Assembly: GCA_036436775.1 (NCBI GenBank)
Contig: GCA_036436775.1_3676.1
Origin: a phage
DNA: 64,000 nt
Direction: 5' to 3' (one strand)
Part shown: in pieces, positions 35,468-46,296 of the stretch
How positions within the stretch are numbered: position 1 is the stretch's first letter
How the letters are laid out: each line of letters starts with the position of its first letter
The notes under the pieces: model-generated
Database searches by the model: none
Seen by the model: the letters and a program-made list of their open reading frames with translations, nothing else
Told to the model about the DNA's origin: nothing
Made by a program: the position numbers and the translations under genes

Positions 35468-38400
35468 TTAACGAGAGAAAGTTGCATAAGCTTCAAGATC
35501 ATACTGCTGATCACCAGGAAGCATGGCACCTATGGAGCCAAACCCCATGACCCTGCCTTCTACTGCCAACTGCAGTCTGAACCCTACCCATCCGGAACTT
35601 CTTGCAGCCTCGATGTTATCGCTATACCCGAAAGTAGCAAGCTCGTCAACTCCAGATCCGAACAGCAACTGGATCTGATTTCTCGGAAGCCCTATAATTT
35701 CAGGAATATATGCGCCGAAGTACACCATTTGCCCTACCTTAGGACCGCTGCCATACTCCATCGGTCTGCTTGCAGAGAAAGTCTTCATTCCTGAAGTCCC
35801 TGCCGGATTTGGGTATGCCCCGTTTGTTGCTCTGCCTATCCACATTCTCCACTGTGGTGTCATCTGTTTGACAGTGAAAGATGTTGAAGACGTTTTGCGC
35901 CCTGCATCATCAGTAACTATAAACGTTATAGTGACATCACCAGGAGCTTTAAATGTTACCAGTCCGGTGGTAGCATCCACAGTTGCGATGCCAGTATTGT
36001 TACTTTCCCAAGTCTTCCTGATCCCAGATACGTTGGAAGGAGTAATAGAAGGTTCCTGCATCTGCAGTTTGCCGCCTACAATCCCTATCCCGTTGCCAGG
36101 GTTATATAACGGACCAACCTCATCTATAATGTTCCCTGCCTTGAGACTATACTTCCTTGAGAAGTTATATGTACCGTTATAAGTGTGTGTTCCTGAGAAT
36201 GTGACATCTGCCTTGCCGTTGGAGATGCAAACCAAAGCATACTTCCTGTCAGGCAACGTTGCTCCAGTCTCCGGGTGAGTTTTACCCACCTGAAACACAC
36301 TCGGGTCAGTGGAGTCGTGGCTATCACTAACGGAGCTTGGACCACCCATCAGTTGTGACAAGCAATTCCTTACCCATGTCCAGTTATTATCACTGGAGAA
36401 GTCCACAGTCAAATCAAACACAACCCACTCATTTGGCTTCCACACAGGTGTTGTAATTGACTTGCCTACACCACCTCCTTGGAGTGTTGCCGACTGTTCA
36501 GTGATTAGGGCTGCATAGGCCAGAGTTCCTAAACTCAGAGTCTGGCTTGCTGTCCTCACTACCTTAGAATCAGCATCTGTGAAGTTGTTGATGATCTGGA
36601 ATGTGCCATAAGTGTTTTTACAGGTAATTCTGGCGTTCAGTGTGTCAATCTTCCTCACATCTGCCATAGCAGTGTTAGACACAGAGAAGTCAGAAGCTTT
36701 AGCTGAGTTTGCCGCAGCAGCAGGATCAACGTTAAGAGTTGCGTTGAACTGACAGGCGGGGGTAACTAGCAGCTTGTTATCACCTATTTGCTTCCATGAA
36801 ACACTTTGAACAGAGGGATTCCATTTAATACCTGAGAAAACCTTAGCAACCCTTGGCCCCAAAGCTCCAGTCCTGTTGTCTTTACAGCACATGGACATGG
36901 TGATCGTTGACGGAGTTGCCTGACCGAACAATTCCTGTGCTTTTGCAGAGGACATGGTGTAGAAATTGTCCTTAACAAACTCATCAGCTGCTAACGATCC
37001 GTCAGATTTCCACCACTGCACCTGATACCCTGTCTTATCCCAGCCCCCAACCTGCTTCAAGTCTTCCCAAGAGATTTCCAGATCTCCCGTGGTAGGATTG
37101 ATTGCAGCAGTCCCTGGTGTGCCGGATGACCACAATGGAATATCGAACCACGCTGGTTTAACAGATTGCACTGCGTTAGGACCTATTGCAGCAGCAAGTT
37201 GTTGGCCCATCAATACGCGAGCATCTTTTACCAGACCCCACTCAATCATGGATCCAGAGTAACCTTCTTTCTTGTAGGCCGAGGATCCGTTTAAGTGGAT
37301 AAGTCTGCTTGTGCCGAAGTTATACGCTCCACCACCGTTGTCGTCTGCAAAGTTGTACACAATTCTATCCCTGGTGTCTTTCCACGCTCTACCACCTATT
37401 TCATAGTTGTGGTCATAGCAACGTTGCAGTGTTGTCCAGCAAATGATAGCCATCCTTCTGCCATTGCTGAAGCCGAAGGCATTATCGTTAAGCTCTCTCC
37501 ACAAATAGCAGTTGGTAGTCCACATGGCTCTGTGGATGTTAAACCAGTTGACAGATCTTGCAGCATTGTTGTAGTCGGTTCCCTCTAGAGTAGGCCACAC
37601 TGCATTAACCAGCATGTCTTCTGTCCCCGCATCCATCAGGAATCCTCTTACCTTTTTACCCATTCCTACTCTGTCTTTAGCAATCCAGCTGCCAAACAGT
37701 CTCAGTTTGGGGCCAATAACAGTTTCCTCCGGATGCTCAAGAGAAACATATTTCAAGTGTACTGTAGGATCACCATAGGTGCCATCGCAGACACTTTTGT
37801 GCATGTTTTCACCAAGGTCCAGACGAATACCTGTAAGAGTTTTTGTGTTGTCTGTGAGTTTGTCTGTCAAGTCAAACTCATACCACCACCATCCAGCACC
37901 TAACAATACCTTCTTACAACGCTGTGCATCTGTATCAGATATTCTCTTATCCCCTGCAAAAGGCGAATCTGCAAATTGGTAGTGCAGAGCAATTTCAAAC
38001 GGGTGTGTTGATGTTCCGTTTTCAGCAGGAACTTGCTTACCTATCAGGTCGCACTTAATGATCATCACGACACGTCTGTATCCATTGGCTACCGGAACGT
38101 CGAACGGATACTTCTCTCCGTTCATATTTGCATGGACAGACGAGAAGACTATATACGGGTCAACAGCATTACCCAGGGTTTCAGGACCAGGGATCATTTT
38201 GTATTTCTTGACTTGCCCCATAATATAGTCGCTGCCATAGGTTGCAGCCTCGAAGCAAGATCCCCCGTTAGGTAGTTCCCCCGGACCCCAGAAAAATGCG
38301 CCATAACAGTTATAAAACCACTTGTTAGGGTCGTATTTGTTCTTGAAGGTCTGAACCTCGTTGGCCTGTTTTGTCAAGAAAACCTGCGTATCTGTGAAGA

Positions 38401-41104
38401 TTGCAGGGTTTACTCTCGCCTGACGCGGAGGGTAACCTGTAGTCTGGTTAAACCACTGATTACAAGAGATATCTCTCATATAGTCATAATCGGAATATTT
38501 GTTTGCATCTTCGTTCCAACACAGGTTCAGGTTGGTGCCGCCCATGCACACAATATATTCTGTGACATATTTATCACTTCTGGTTGGGATTCCTATGAAC
38601 CATCTGTTAACAGGCTCGTCCCAAGCTGTCCGCTCATCTTTAACGCAGATAGCGATCCAGTCATGTGTTCCTGTTTTCTTGCACACATCGCGCTTCATAC
38701 CATAATAAAACTCTTTAGTATTTGGCTCAGGTGCATTTATCAGGTAACTCCACGCCTGATTTGCATAGGTTCCATTGGTGCGAGGATCATGGTCAAAGGC
38801 ATACATGATGATCCTTTCTCCACCAAGATGTTCACCGAGGGTAACTTTGATGTTTACATCACCGTAACCGTTACGAACTATATCCATATTGTCAATAGAG
38901 ATGCCTCTAGGGGTGTAGGCAATTTTCAGAGAACTATCTTCACTGGTACCACCCAGAGTAATACCTATATTGTTTGTTGTTCCATCAACATATTTTACTG
39001 TAGCTTCCCAACGTATCCCGAAATACCCTGCGTTGTGGCTAACAACTTTCAGTGTGCGAGCACCTGGGTTAGGCTTACCAGGATCAGGCCATGGATCAGC
39101 ATGCTCGTGCACTGTTAACGATGTTCCGTTCTGCTCGTTAACCTGCAACATCTTCCCGCCTTTGCCGTTAGGGTTGAACTCCCACAAGGCTTGTGTTTTC
39201 ACAAGATTGTCATAGATACTGCGTCTCTGGTCGTAGATCTCCTGGGTCACATCATACGTGGTAGATCCGGCATCTTGCCTGTGAAGCCTAACCATATATG
39301 CTGTATCGCTTTCTGGAGCAGGCTGAGAGCCGTTAAGCCCAAAGTATACAGTATCGTTTACATGGAACTGTTTCTTCCTGCCAACAGTGTGCCATTTGCC
39401 GTCTGACGGATATGCAGGAACTACAATGTTCCAGTTTAAGTTTCGTGTGGTGTGGGTTCTTCCAGCGCCATGTTTATCATGATAGGTGATCTTGACAGAA
39501 TACAGACCGCGTCTGTTGATGTTACGGTTATGCTGGGTAACCACAACCTCGTTAGCACCGCCATGGTTCCAGCTAGTAGAGAACTGATAGTTTGCATCTG
39601 TAACAACAGTACCTGCAGCGTTCACGAGCTCAATCTTGTCAATAATGAACGTAGCACCCTCCGGTTGAGGTTTCAACTTCATTTTGACAGTGTCGCCAAT
39701 GTATATATTGCTAACACTGCTTACACCATTGACATCAAAGATGTCTTCGATACTCCAGCTATCTACCGGAACATTTTTATACCAATTCTCAGGAATCTCT
39801 GTGAACCCTTGGCTGTTAAGTCTGCCGCCGAACAGGTTATTAGAGCCTGAAAAACTGCCCCTTGGGATACCTGACCACCAAAGCTTTCCATTTACCACAC
39901 AGAATGTGCCTAAGAAACCTTCCCTGTGGATCCCTTGAAAATAAACGCTTTCTGTCCAGCTTACTGGCTCTGTCTGTTCAACAAACTTAGCTGTTGCCAG
40001 CGCTCTGTAATGAATAAAATTGGCCCTAGGATTATTATTAGCAGATTGAGCACCAATATCGTTACACAGGTTTCTGGAGAAACCACGGTACTGTTTTGTA
40101 CCATTATTGAAGAAAATTCCACTAGTCCCGTACCCGCGAGCCATAATTACTTCATGGGTATAGGTGATGTTAAGGCTTCTCCACGTGTCGTCACCCCAAA
40201 CATCCTGACCATAAAACACATTAACAAGCTGTTGGTCATCAGGTTTGTGCATCCTTTCTGTGGCTATAATTGCACCATTAGGTCCACACATAAACCCTTT
40301 CCATGTCTCGCCCACCGAGATGCCTTTAAACTGGTCAAGAGTCGCATGCTCGGCTGGATAAATTAGTGTGTTTTTGCTGTTATTTCTTAAGAAATCGTAA
40401 CCTGCAATCCAGAATCCGTTAGGACCACCAAAAATAACCGAGTTGTCATGAACTTCACAATTAATTCTTGGGTTTTTCCAAGGACCTGTCTCTGGACTTT
40501 CAGATGTTTCACCAATCTTAACTGGAGTAGCGTGTTGATTTTTGTCAACATGAAGAGAGCCGTAAGTATTATTGCCAGAGCCGTACAGGTGAAGCATACC
40601 ATCAGCCTCTGGTGCAGCAATTACCCACACTGTATTGTTTACGCCACCCATTACTTCAACAAGTCTCTCAGGATGGGTGTCCAAATGCAACCCTGTTACG
40701 ATCTGTTCCGGCAAAGGTGTCCACTCTCTGACACAAACATCGTTTCCACCTGCTGCCTCCGATCCGATAAGACCAGCTGTGCAACCAATATAGAAAAATT
40801 TATTATCGAATGTGCGGATTACAAATGCACGGTCAGCTCTCCAAACATGGTCTACGTTCCAAGCTGCCTCATTAGGATAGTTTATTGTATCAAGATCTCC
40901 AGTCCGACACTCTCCGAACCTATTATAACCAGTAATATTAAGCTGACCATCATCAAAAAGTATAGCTAAGCTATTTACATAGGATACTGTATTGCTTGTA
41001 CCATCACTGTTGTCTATTGGGTATGACAGAACAGCAAGTTCCTTAATTCCACCCCTCTTATCGAGGAAATGACGACCAAGTTTTAGCAAAGGGATTGGAA
41101 GCAT
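35468..41104 (-). CDS. giant distal tail or fiber protein (1878 aa) with N-terminal RCC1-like beta-propeller repeats
   Basis: Last gene of the tail operon; N-terminal repeats such as YGSGNNTYGSLH; G/N/T-rich beta-type composition. Confidence 0.45.
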   Translation of the reverse strand: MLPIPLLKLGRHFLDKRGGIKELAVLSYPIDNSDGTSNTVSYVNSLAILFDDGQLNITGYNRFGECRTGDLDTINYPNEAAWNVDHVWRADRAFVIRTFDNKFFYIGCTAGLIGSEAAGGNDVCVREWTPLPEQIVTGLHLDTHPERLVEVMGGVNNTVWVIAAPEADGMLHLYGSGNNTYGSLHVDKNQHATPVKIGETSESPETGPWKNPRINCEVHDNSVIFGGPNGFWIAGYDFLRNNSKNTLIYPAEHATLDQFKGISVGETWKGFMCGPNGAIIATERMHKPDDQQLVNVFYGQDVWGDDTWRSLNITYTHEVIMARGYGTSGIFFNNGTKQYRGFSRNLCNDIGAQSANNNPRANFIHYRALATAKFVEQTEPVSWTESVYFQGIHREGFLGTFCVVNGKLWWSGIPRGSFSGSNNLFGGRLNSQGFTEIPENWYKNVPVDSWSIEDIFDVNGVSSVSNIYIGDTVKMKLKPQPEGATFIIDKIELVNAAGTVVTDANYQFSTSWNHGGANEVVVTQHNRNINRRGLYSVKITYHDKHGAGRTHTTRNLNWNIVVPAYPSDGKWHTVGRKKQFHVNDTVYFGLNGSQPAPESDTAYMVRLHRQDAGSTTYDVTQEIYDQRRSIYDNLVKTQALWEFNPNGKGGKMLQVNEQNGTSLTVHEHADPWPDPGKPNPGARTLKVVSHNAGYFGIRWEATVKYVDGTTNNIGITLGGTSEDSSLKIAYTPRGISIDNMDIVRNGYGDVNIKVTLGEHLGGERIIMYAFDHDPRTNGTYANQAWSYLINAPEPNTKEFYYGMKRDVCKKTGTHDWIAICVKDERTAWDEPVNRWFIGIPTRSDKYVTEYIVCMGGTNLNLCWNEDANKYSDYDYMRDISCNQWFNQTTGYPPRQARVNPAIFTDTQVFLTKQANEVQTFKNKYDPNKWFYNCYGAFFWGPGELPNGGSCFEAATYGSDYIMGQVKKYKMIPGPETLGNAVDPYIVFSSVHANMNGEKYPFDVPVANGYRRVVMIIKCDLIGKQVPAENGTSTHPFEIALHYQFADSPFAGDKRISDTDAQRCKKVLLGAGWWWYEFDLTDKLTDNTKTLTGIRLDLGENMHKSVCDGTYGDPTVHLKYVSLEHPEETVIGPKLRLFGSWIAKDRVGMGKKVRGFLMDAGTEDMLVNAVWPTLEGTDYNNAARSVNWFNIHRAMWTTNCYLWRELNDNAFGFSNGRRMAIICWTTLQRCYDHNYEIGGRAWKDTRDRIVYNFADDNGGGAYNFGTSRLIHLNGSSAYKKEGYSGSMIEWGLVKDARVLMGQQLAAAIGPNAVQSVKPAWFDIPLWSSGTPGTAAINPTTGDLEISWEDLKQVGGWDKTGYQVQWWKSDGSLAADEFVKDNFYTMSSAKAQELFGQATPSTITMSMCCKDNRTGALGPRVAKVFSGIKWNPSVQSVSWKQIGDNKLLVTPACQFNATLNVDPAAAANSAKASDFSVSNTAMADVRKIDTLNARITCKNTYGTFQIINNFTDADSKVVRTASQTLSLGTLAYAALITEQSATLQGGGVGKSITTPVWKPNEWVVFDLTVDFSSDNNWTWVRNCLSQLMGGPSSVSDSHDSTDPSVFQVGKTHPETGATLPDRKYALVCISNGKADVTFSGTHTYNGTYNFSRKYSLKAGNIIDEVGPLYNPGNGIGIVGGKLQMQEPSITPSNVSGIRKTWESNNTGIATVDATTGLVTFKAPGDVTITFIVTDDAGRKTSSTSFTVKQMTPQWRMWIGRATNGAYPNPAGTSGMKTFSASRPMEYGSGPKVGQMVYFGAYIPEIIGLPRNQIQLLFGSGVDELATFGYSDNIEAARSSGWVGFRLQLAVEGRVMGFGSIGAMLPGDQQYDLEAYATFSR

Positions 41105-41152
41105 TGTGTTCTCCAGATAAGAAAACCGCCCCGTCAGGAGCGGTTAGATATA

Positions 41153-42898
41153 TTAACGTTGTGCAATTACTACATCTACGATATCACCAACACCACAATA
41201 CGTTAATTGCAGCAAGGTAACACTGTTAGCCTTGTTGTTAATAACAGGTGTTGCCGACAGGATAGCATACTTATCGTGCAAAGTCACGTTGTGACCTACA
41301 GCATCCTGAATTACATAGATAACCGCAGTAAATGGATAAGGTTTATCTTCCGCTGATGTCCCAGGCCACTGCCCTATTGTAAAATCCCCTTTAGCGTGGA
41401 CAACATACATACTGGCCTGCCCGTTAGGTGTCCATGTCCCACTGGACGCGTCAACCTCCTCTAAATCGAAATCTACCTTCCCTGCGTGGAAAGTAGGGGC
41501 AGTGATGGTTTTACCAGCCTCAATTTCTTGAGAGGTGGTTATCTTACCACTGGAGTTAATACCATTACAGACAAAGTTGACATTAGAGAAGTCTGGCAGC
41601 CATCCGGTCACTGTGCCGGATATTTCAAGATTGTGAAGGTAGGTGGTGCCAGTCCCTGCGGCGTTTAAACTAACATCTCCATTTACCTGCAAGTTTCTGG
41701 TAATGTTGCAGTTTTCAGAGTTTGCAGTTGTTGCAGTTAAAGTGGTGGTGGTCAGCTCAGTAATTGTACCTTTATTGGCTGTAAGCCCTTCTCCTTCAAA
41801 AGTTGCACGCTCATTGACTCTTAAAGTATTCAGAGCTATATTTTGGATAGAGGCTGTACCTCGGATAACTACAGACCCGCCAACCTCCAAATCGCCGTTT
41901 ATCAATGCATCGCCCGTGCTTTCAATATAGCTAGGGTAGATCATGGTGCCATCAACAGAGTAGGTTATCCCTGTAACGGTACCTGTCACCTCAAGGTTCT
42001 TAACCCTGGTGGTCCCATCGACCTGCAATGTCGGTTCGGTTGCTGCCTTCATGGCATTACCACGAATGTACACGTAGTCAAAAAAGTTATTACCCAGACC
42101 ATCAAAATGTACATCGTTATTATTAGCCACTGGTTTCCCAGAAGTTATAGTGTCAGCTATAACCCTGTGGGTGGACACTTCATGAGGTTGCAGCTCTGTA
42201 CTTCTCCAGTCTGCATGCTTAGGATCGCTCCACGCAAAAGTAAGTGTAGAAGTATTTGCCGTGAGGATTAGATTCCTAAAGCGTGCAGTAGAATCTGCCC
42301 CATTAACAGGTCCATGTAAGGTAAGGGTGCCACCAACTATGGTGTTAGCGAGTTCTGTAAGACCTTTCACCACCAAAGATCCTACAGTAACTTTCATCCC
42401 CTCCATGGCTTTAAATATACTATCAACATAGTCAACAACAAACTCTGTGTTTGCTATAGACTCTGACTTATCGTCCATTGGAGGTGTAGGTACTCGCGGG
42501 TCACCTTCGAACCTTGGGCTGTTAAGTTTTGCATAGTATTTTGCCATTACTGCAGAGTCAGTATATAATCTCCAGTTTGGGGATTGTGAAGGATCTGCTG
42601 GCATTCTAACCGGGTTAGATTTTGATGCTGCGGGAGCGTACCACCACTGGGGCCCTGTGTCCCCTTTAAACTCATATAGCTGGTTAAAAACTGTTGTGGA
42701 TGCACCATACGCCCAAGGGATCGGCGGCGTTTTAAAATAAAGGGTGTCAAGCATGGCTTTTCGTACCGTAGGGATGGTGGTCCCATCCTCTACGACAACC
42801 TCATCCACAGCGTTACCGTTGACAATCAGGTGCAAACGTTCAGAATCAACAATTACTTGATCTACCGCCTGCTCAAAGCTTGTCATGTCTTGCGCCAT
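41153..42898 (-). CDS. tail fiber or tailspike-like protein (581 aa)
   Basis: Position within the fiber cluster; T/N/G-rich beta-helix-like composition. Confidence 0.4.
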   Translation of the reverse strand: MAQDMTSFEQAVDQVIVDSERLHLIVNGNAVDEVVVEDGTTIPTVRKAMLDTLYFKTPPIPWAYGASTTVFNQLYEFKGDTGPQWWYAPAASKSNPVRMPADPSQSPNWRLYTDSAVMAKYYAKLNSPRFEGDPRVPTPPMDDKSESIANTEFVVDYVDSIFKAMEGMKVTVGSLVVKGLTELANTIVGGTLTLHGPVNGADSTARFRNLILTANTSTLTFAWSDPKHADWRSTELQPHEVSTHRVIADTITSGKPVANNNDVHFDGLGNNFFDYVYIRGNAMKAATEPTLQVDGTTRVKNLEVTGTVTGITYSVDGTMIYPSYIESTGDALINGDLEVGGSVVIRGTASIQNIALNTLRVNERATFEGEGLTANKGTITELTTTTLTATTANSENCNITRNLQVNGDVSLNAAGTGTTYLHNLEISGTVTGWLPDFSNVNFVCNGINSSGKITTSQEIEAGKTITAPTFHAGKVDFDLEEVDASSGTWTPNGQASMYVVHAKGDFTIGQWPGTSAEDKPYPFTAVIYVIQDAVGHNVTLHDKYAILSATPVINNKANSVTLLQLTYCGVGDIVDVVIAQR

Positions 42899-42907
42899 GA
42901 TCTCTCC

Positions 42908-43174
42908 TTAAGCTTTTTGCTCTTCGTTTTTAACGTGGTCAGGGTGCTGGCAACCCCACCGGAGCGAGATGAATTTGCTAATAAGCTGGGGGCAAGCTAC
43001 CGAAGGCGCATATATCCACGCATACCATTCAGGAAGCGTATCATTATACCCCATATGAATAAACACCCCAGTCATCACCGCCATACCTATGTTTGACCAT
43101 AGCTTAGATTGGGACACTTTCGTAGGGTCATCAGATGCCGCAACCAGTCCCCATAAAAACTGAGTTAGTTTCAT
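42908..43174 (-). CDS. small membrane protein (88 aa) within the fiber cluster
   Basis: Hydrophobic segment LWSNIGMAVMTGVFIHMGY. Confidence 0.4.
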   Translation of the reverse strand: MKLTQFLWGLVAASDDPTKVSQSKLWSNIGMAVMTGVFIHMGYNDTLPEWYAWIYAPSVACPQLISKFISLRWGCQHPDHVKNEEQKA

Positions 43175-43185
43175 TTACCCTCTTT

Positions 43186-44232
43186 TTAAGCATAAGATAT
43201 AGTGATCCATTGACCATTTACAAGTTTTTGGATAGCACCTGTCCAGTAATCACCTTGATAAGGGTGTTTATAAGCGTAGTTACCCGAGCACATCACATGT
43301 CCAGGGTAGACTCTTGACTCTCTGTAGGTGGTTTTGAAACGGTTTGCTATCCTCACATCATCAACCCCTCTGCTGGGCATAGGGATAGTAAGGTTACCAC
43401 TACCGTCTGCGCTGTTACCATTTACCCTGCGGACCACGTTTCTTCCACCAACTGTTGCATATTGGCCCCTGACGGTTTCATCGTTACAATCAACTCTTCC
43501 ACCTATTTGAGCGCTTCCACAGGATTGTTGTCCATTAACAGTGGCTCTTGGTATCGTAGCTGCATTGGCATTTGCAGAGGAACTTTTTGCGTCGTTGCAT
43601 TCAAGATTTCCTTGGATAGCCAGTCTTGCACGGTTGGCAGTTATAGCATTGAGCTTCATAGCTGAAAACACAGGCTGCCCACCAGAAGGTTGAAATCTCC
43701 AACGGAAACCGTCTATTTGGTGAGAGGGATCATCAAGGTCTGTGCCGTCAGCACCACCGATGTTGTCCATAATCCAGAAATCCATCATCGTCTTGTCTGA
43801 AGTTATGGTAGTGTATATCGCCGCATTGTCTGTTGACGCGGATGCAAACTCGATTCTTTGAAGACCTAAAGTTTGAGTCTGGATCATTGTGTCTCCAGCC
43901 TTGTCAACATAAAGGTCATCCATTTCTTCAGGCGAGTATACATTGAGAACTTGACGTGCAGCAGCTTTGTCTGGAACGTCTGCCAGATTATTAGTGACCC
44001 TTAAGAATCTATTATCCCATCCTGGGACAACATCTTCTGTTAAATGCTTTAACCACGCAGAAAGCATGTGAAGTTCAAAGTTAACAACTTCACATGCCAC
44101 TCTTTGTGTCATATCCCAACCTTTCAGTCTCTCTTCTTTTTTTGGTTGGGACTTATTCAATTCTCCCGTATTTTCAAGCACAACATCCTGATTGGCCCAA
44201 ATATCAAGAGGGATAACTGGTTTAGTCATCAC
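43186..44232 (-). CDS. tail fiber / receptor-binding protein, paralog 2 (348 aa)
   Basis: Shares N-terminus (P(L/I)(E/D)IWA...D.VL.NT), GDTM, FRWRFQP, NAITANRA and C-terminus QKLVNGQWIT(I/V)(S/N)YA with 45244-46284. Confidence 0.55.
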   Translation of the reverse strand: MMTKPVIPLDIWANQDVVLENTGELNKSQPKKEERLKGWDMTQRVACEVVNFELHMLSAWLKHLTEDVVPGWDNRFLRVTNNLADVPDKAAARQVLNVYSPEEMDDLYVDKAGDTMIQTQTLGLQRIEFASASTDNAAIYTTITSDKTMMDFWIMDNIGGADGTDLDDPSHQIDGFRWRFQPSGGQPVFSAMKLNAITANRARLAIQGNLECNDAKSSSANANAATIPRATVNGQQSCGSAQIGGRVDCNDETVRGQYATVGGRNVVRRVNGNSADGSGNLTIPMPSRGVDDVRIANRFKTTYRESRVYPGHVMCSGNYAYKHPYQGDYWTGAIQKLVNGQWITISYA

Positions 44233-44318
44233 GTTCTCCTGAGAAAATTCCTTAGGACTATTTTAACACTTTAGTGAACAAAATGCAAGAACGGAGTCCT
44301 TTCCGTCCTGACCTTTGT

Positions 44319-44633
44319 TTACCTTTTACTATGCTCTACAAGCATGTGCAAAATCTTTTGTACATCAGCTCTGATGCCGGAGACATCTGTCCTAACATCC
44401 TGCTTAAGGTCGTTAATATCGGCCTCTAGCTTGCTTAACCGGGTCTCGATAATAGAATCAAGTTTATCTTTTGTAACCATACTGTTTTTCACTAAGATGA
44501 GGTCTTTCTCCAGTTCATCCAACCTCTTGGAAATGCCTTTCCATTTGGTGTGCCACTGGTTGAAAGCCCATACACAGATCGGGACAACGGTACCCATGCA
44601 GATACCGTACAATGCCGCCAAATCCAACTCCAC
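44319..44633 (-). CDS. membrane-anchored coiled-coil protein (104 aa)
   Basis: N-terminal TM LAALYGICMGTVVPICVWAF followed by heptad-like coiled coil; function open (i-spanin-like architecture or fiber-associated). Confidence 0.4.
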   Translation of the reverse strand: MELDLAALYGICMGTVVPICVWAFNQWHTKWKGISKRLDELEKDLILVKNSMVTKDKLDSIIETRLSKLEADINDLKQDVRTDVSGIRADVQKILHMLVEHSKR

Positions 44634-44644
44634 AACACCTCCTC

Positions 44645-45229
44645 TTAGAGGGTAGGTCGCTCCGGGAAGAAAATGTCAGGGGCTTTAGATGTATCTATTT
44701 CAAGAAGTTTTACCCTGTACATTTTCAAATCTCTGATGTTACGTTTCTGGTCATCAGTAAGATCATATTCAAGGTCAATCATGTCTTGATAGGCACCAAT
44801 TCTAGCAGTAGCCCAAGCAAGTTCTGTCTCTATGACACCCTCTGCCTGTTGAACAAAGAATTCATTGTCTGTGACAAATTCATCACCAACTAAACGCAAA
44901 GCGTCGTGGTGAAGCATAATGTTTTCTGGTACCTCTTCTTTTTTGGCGATAACCACACGAAGACCTGGAGCAGGCCATAGGGCATCAGGTTCTTCTGTAG
45001 ATGTCTTAAGAATTCCCTTCTCGTCAACAAGTAGGAAGATACAACCCGGATTTTCTTGTCGTAATGTTCGTGACTGCACATACCAATCGCCATCATCATT
45101 ACGTAAAAAATACCCAGTGTATGCGGTGTAATCCTCAACCTCTTGAGGGGTCAGCTCCTTGGTTCCCTTGTTAGGGTGGTATTCGCCAGATCCCGGTTGG
45201 TAAAGTTTAAACTCTTGAAGTATTTTCAT
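44645..45229 (-). CDS. putative tail fiber assembly chaperone (194 aa)
   Basis: Immediately downstream of a fiber gene, size typical of tail fiber assembly proteins; motif-level support weak. Confidence 0.35.
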   Translation of the reverse strand: MKILQEFKLYQPGSGEYHPNKGTKELTPQEVEDYTAYTGYFLRNDDGDWYVQSRTLRQENPGCIFLLVDEKGILKTSTEEPDALWPAPGLRVVIAKKEEVPENIMLHHDALRLVGDEFVTDNEFFVQQAEGVIETELAWATARIGAYQDMIDLEYDLTDDQKRNIRDLKMYRVKLLEIDTSKAPDIFFPERPTL

Positions 45230-45243
45230 GCTAGTCCTCCGAT

Positions 45244-46284
45244 CTATGCATAATTAACAGTGATCCATTGACCATTTACAAGTTTTTGTAAAGGTCCTGC
45301 CCAGTAGGTTGAACCACGCATCTCTTTTTTGTCACCGAAATGCCAGCCTGTGACAACGTAGCCGTTGCGAATTGGAGATTCAGAAACGCCGTCAACAAGT
45401 CTTGCACCGATTCTGATGTCTTGCACACCTGTCTGCGGGATAGTGATTGTTACATCACCGTTACCGTTAGCCGTCACCCCATTCACAGAGCGCACCACAT
45501 TTCTGTTACCGACAACACAGTGCTGGCTTCTTACAACCATGCTGTCACAACTTGCACCACCATTAACATATACTGACCCAGCCGTCAACTGACTAGCCAC
45601 ATTACAGTTGGTGAATGTTGCTGTATTGCTGATAGTAAGGTTATTGCACCTCATGTTATCGACAACTTCAACATTGCCTACCACTTTCAACAGCGCACGG
45701 TTAGCCGTGATCGCGTTAAGGTACATCAAAGTGAACTCTGGATTAATATCCGGCTGAGTTGGCTGGAATCTCCAACGGAACGCATCTACTGTAGATGTAC
45801 CACCATCATCAAACGACCCGGTATTATCACTTAACCCAAAGTCGAGAGTTGTCTTATCTGGGCCAATAGTTGTCTCTATCCAAGCCTTATCTGTCTCGGC
45901 AGCTTTAAAGTTGATACGTTGCAAACCCAGTGGGCCTGTCATTGTATCACCTGTAACTTTTACATATCTGGCGTCTGCCTCTTCCTTAGTAATAATCCCA
46001 AGGTTTCTACGGGCAACAGGAATGTTCAAAAGATCACTCAAGTTATTATCGCGTACCAGATAACGGCCTTCTTGAGCGGGGATCTGCTCATCAGCAATAT
46101 ATTTTGCCCAAGTTCCGAGCATATTGAAAATATAGTTAAGTTCTTCACATGAGGGCTTTTGACCAAGATCCCAACCTTTTCTCCACAAATCATCAATCGG
46201 GCGTAGCCTGTTCTGTCTGTGGGTGTTAGGCAGAACCTGATCCTCCTCTGCCCAAATCTCTAATGGAAAACTAGGTTTTGACAT
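45244..46284 (-). CDS. tail fiber / receptor-binding protein, paralog 1 (346 aa)
   Basis: Paralog of 43186-44232 (GDTMTGPLGLQR, DAFRWRFQP, LQKLVNGQWITVNYA). Confidence 0.55.
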   Translation of the reverse strand: MSKPSFPLEIWAEEDQVLPNTHRQNRLRPIDDLWRKGWDLGQKPSCEELNYIFNMLGTWAKYIADEQIPAQEGRYLVRDNNLSDLLNIPVARRNLGIITKEEADARYVKVTGDTMTGPLGLQRINFKAAETDKAWIETTIGPDKTTLDFGLSDNTGSFDDGGTSTVDAFRWRFQPTQPDINPEFTLMYLNAITANRALLKVVGNVEVVDNMRCNNLTISNTATFTNCNVASQLTAGSVYVNGGASCDSMVVRSQHCVVGNRNVVRSVNGVTANGNGDVTITIPQTGVQDIRIGARLVDGVSESPIRNGYVVTGWHFGDKKEMRGSTYWAGPLQKLVNGQWITVNYA

Positions 46285-46296
46285 TTTATCTCCTGA

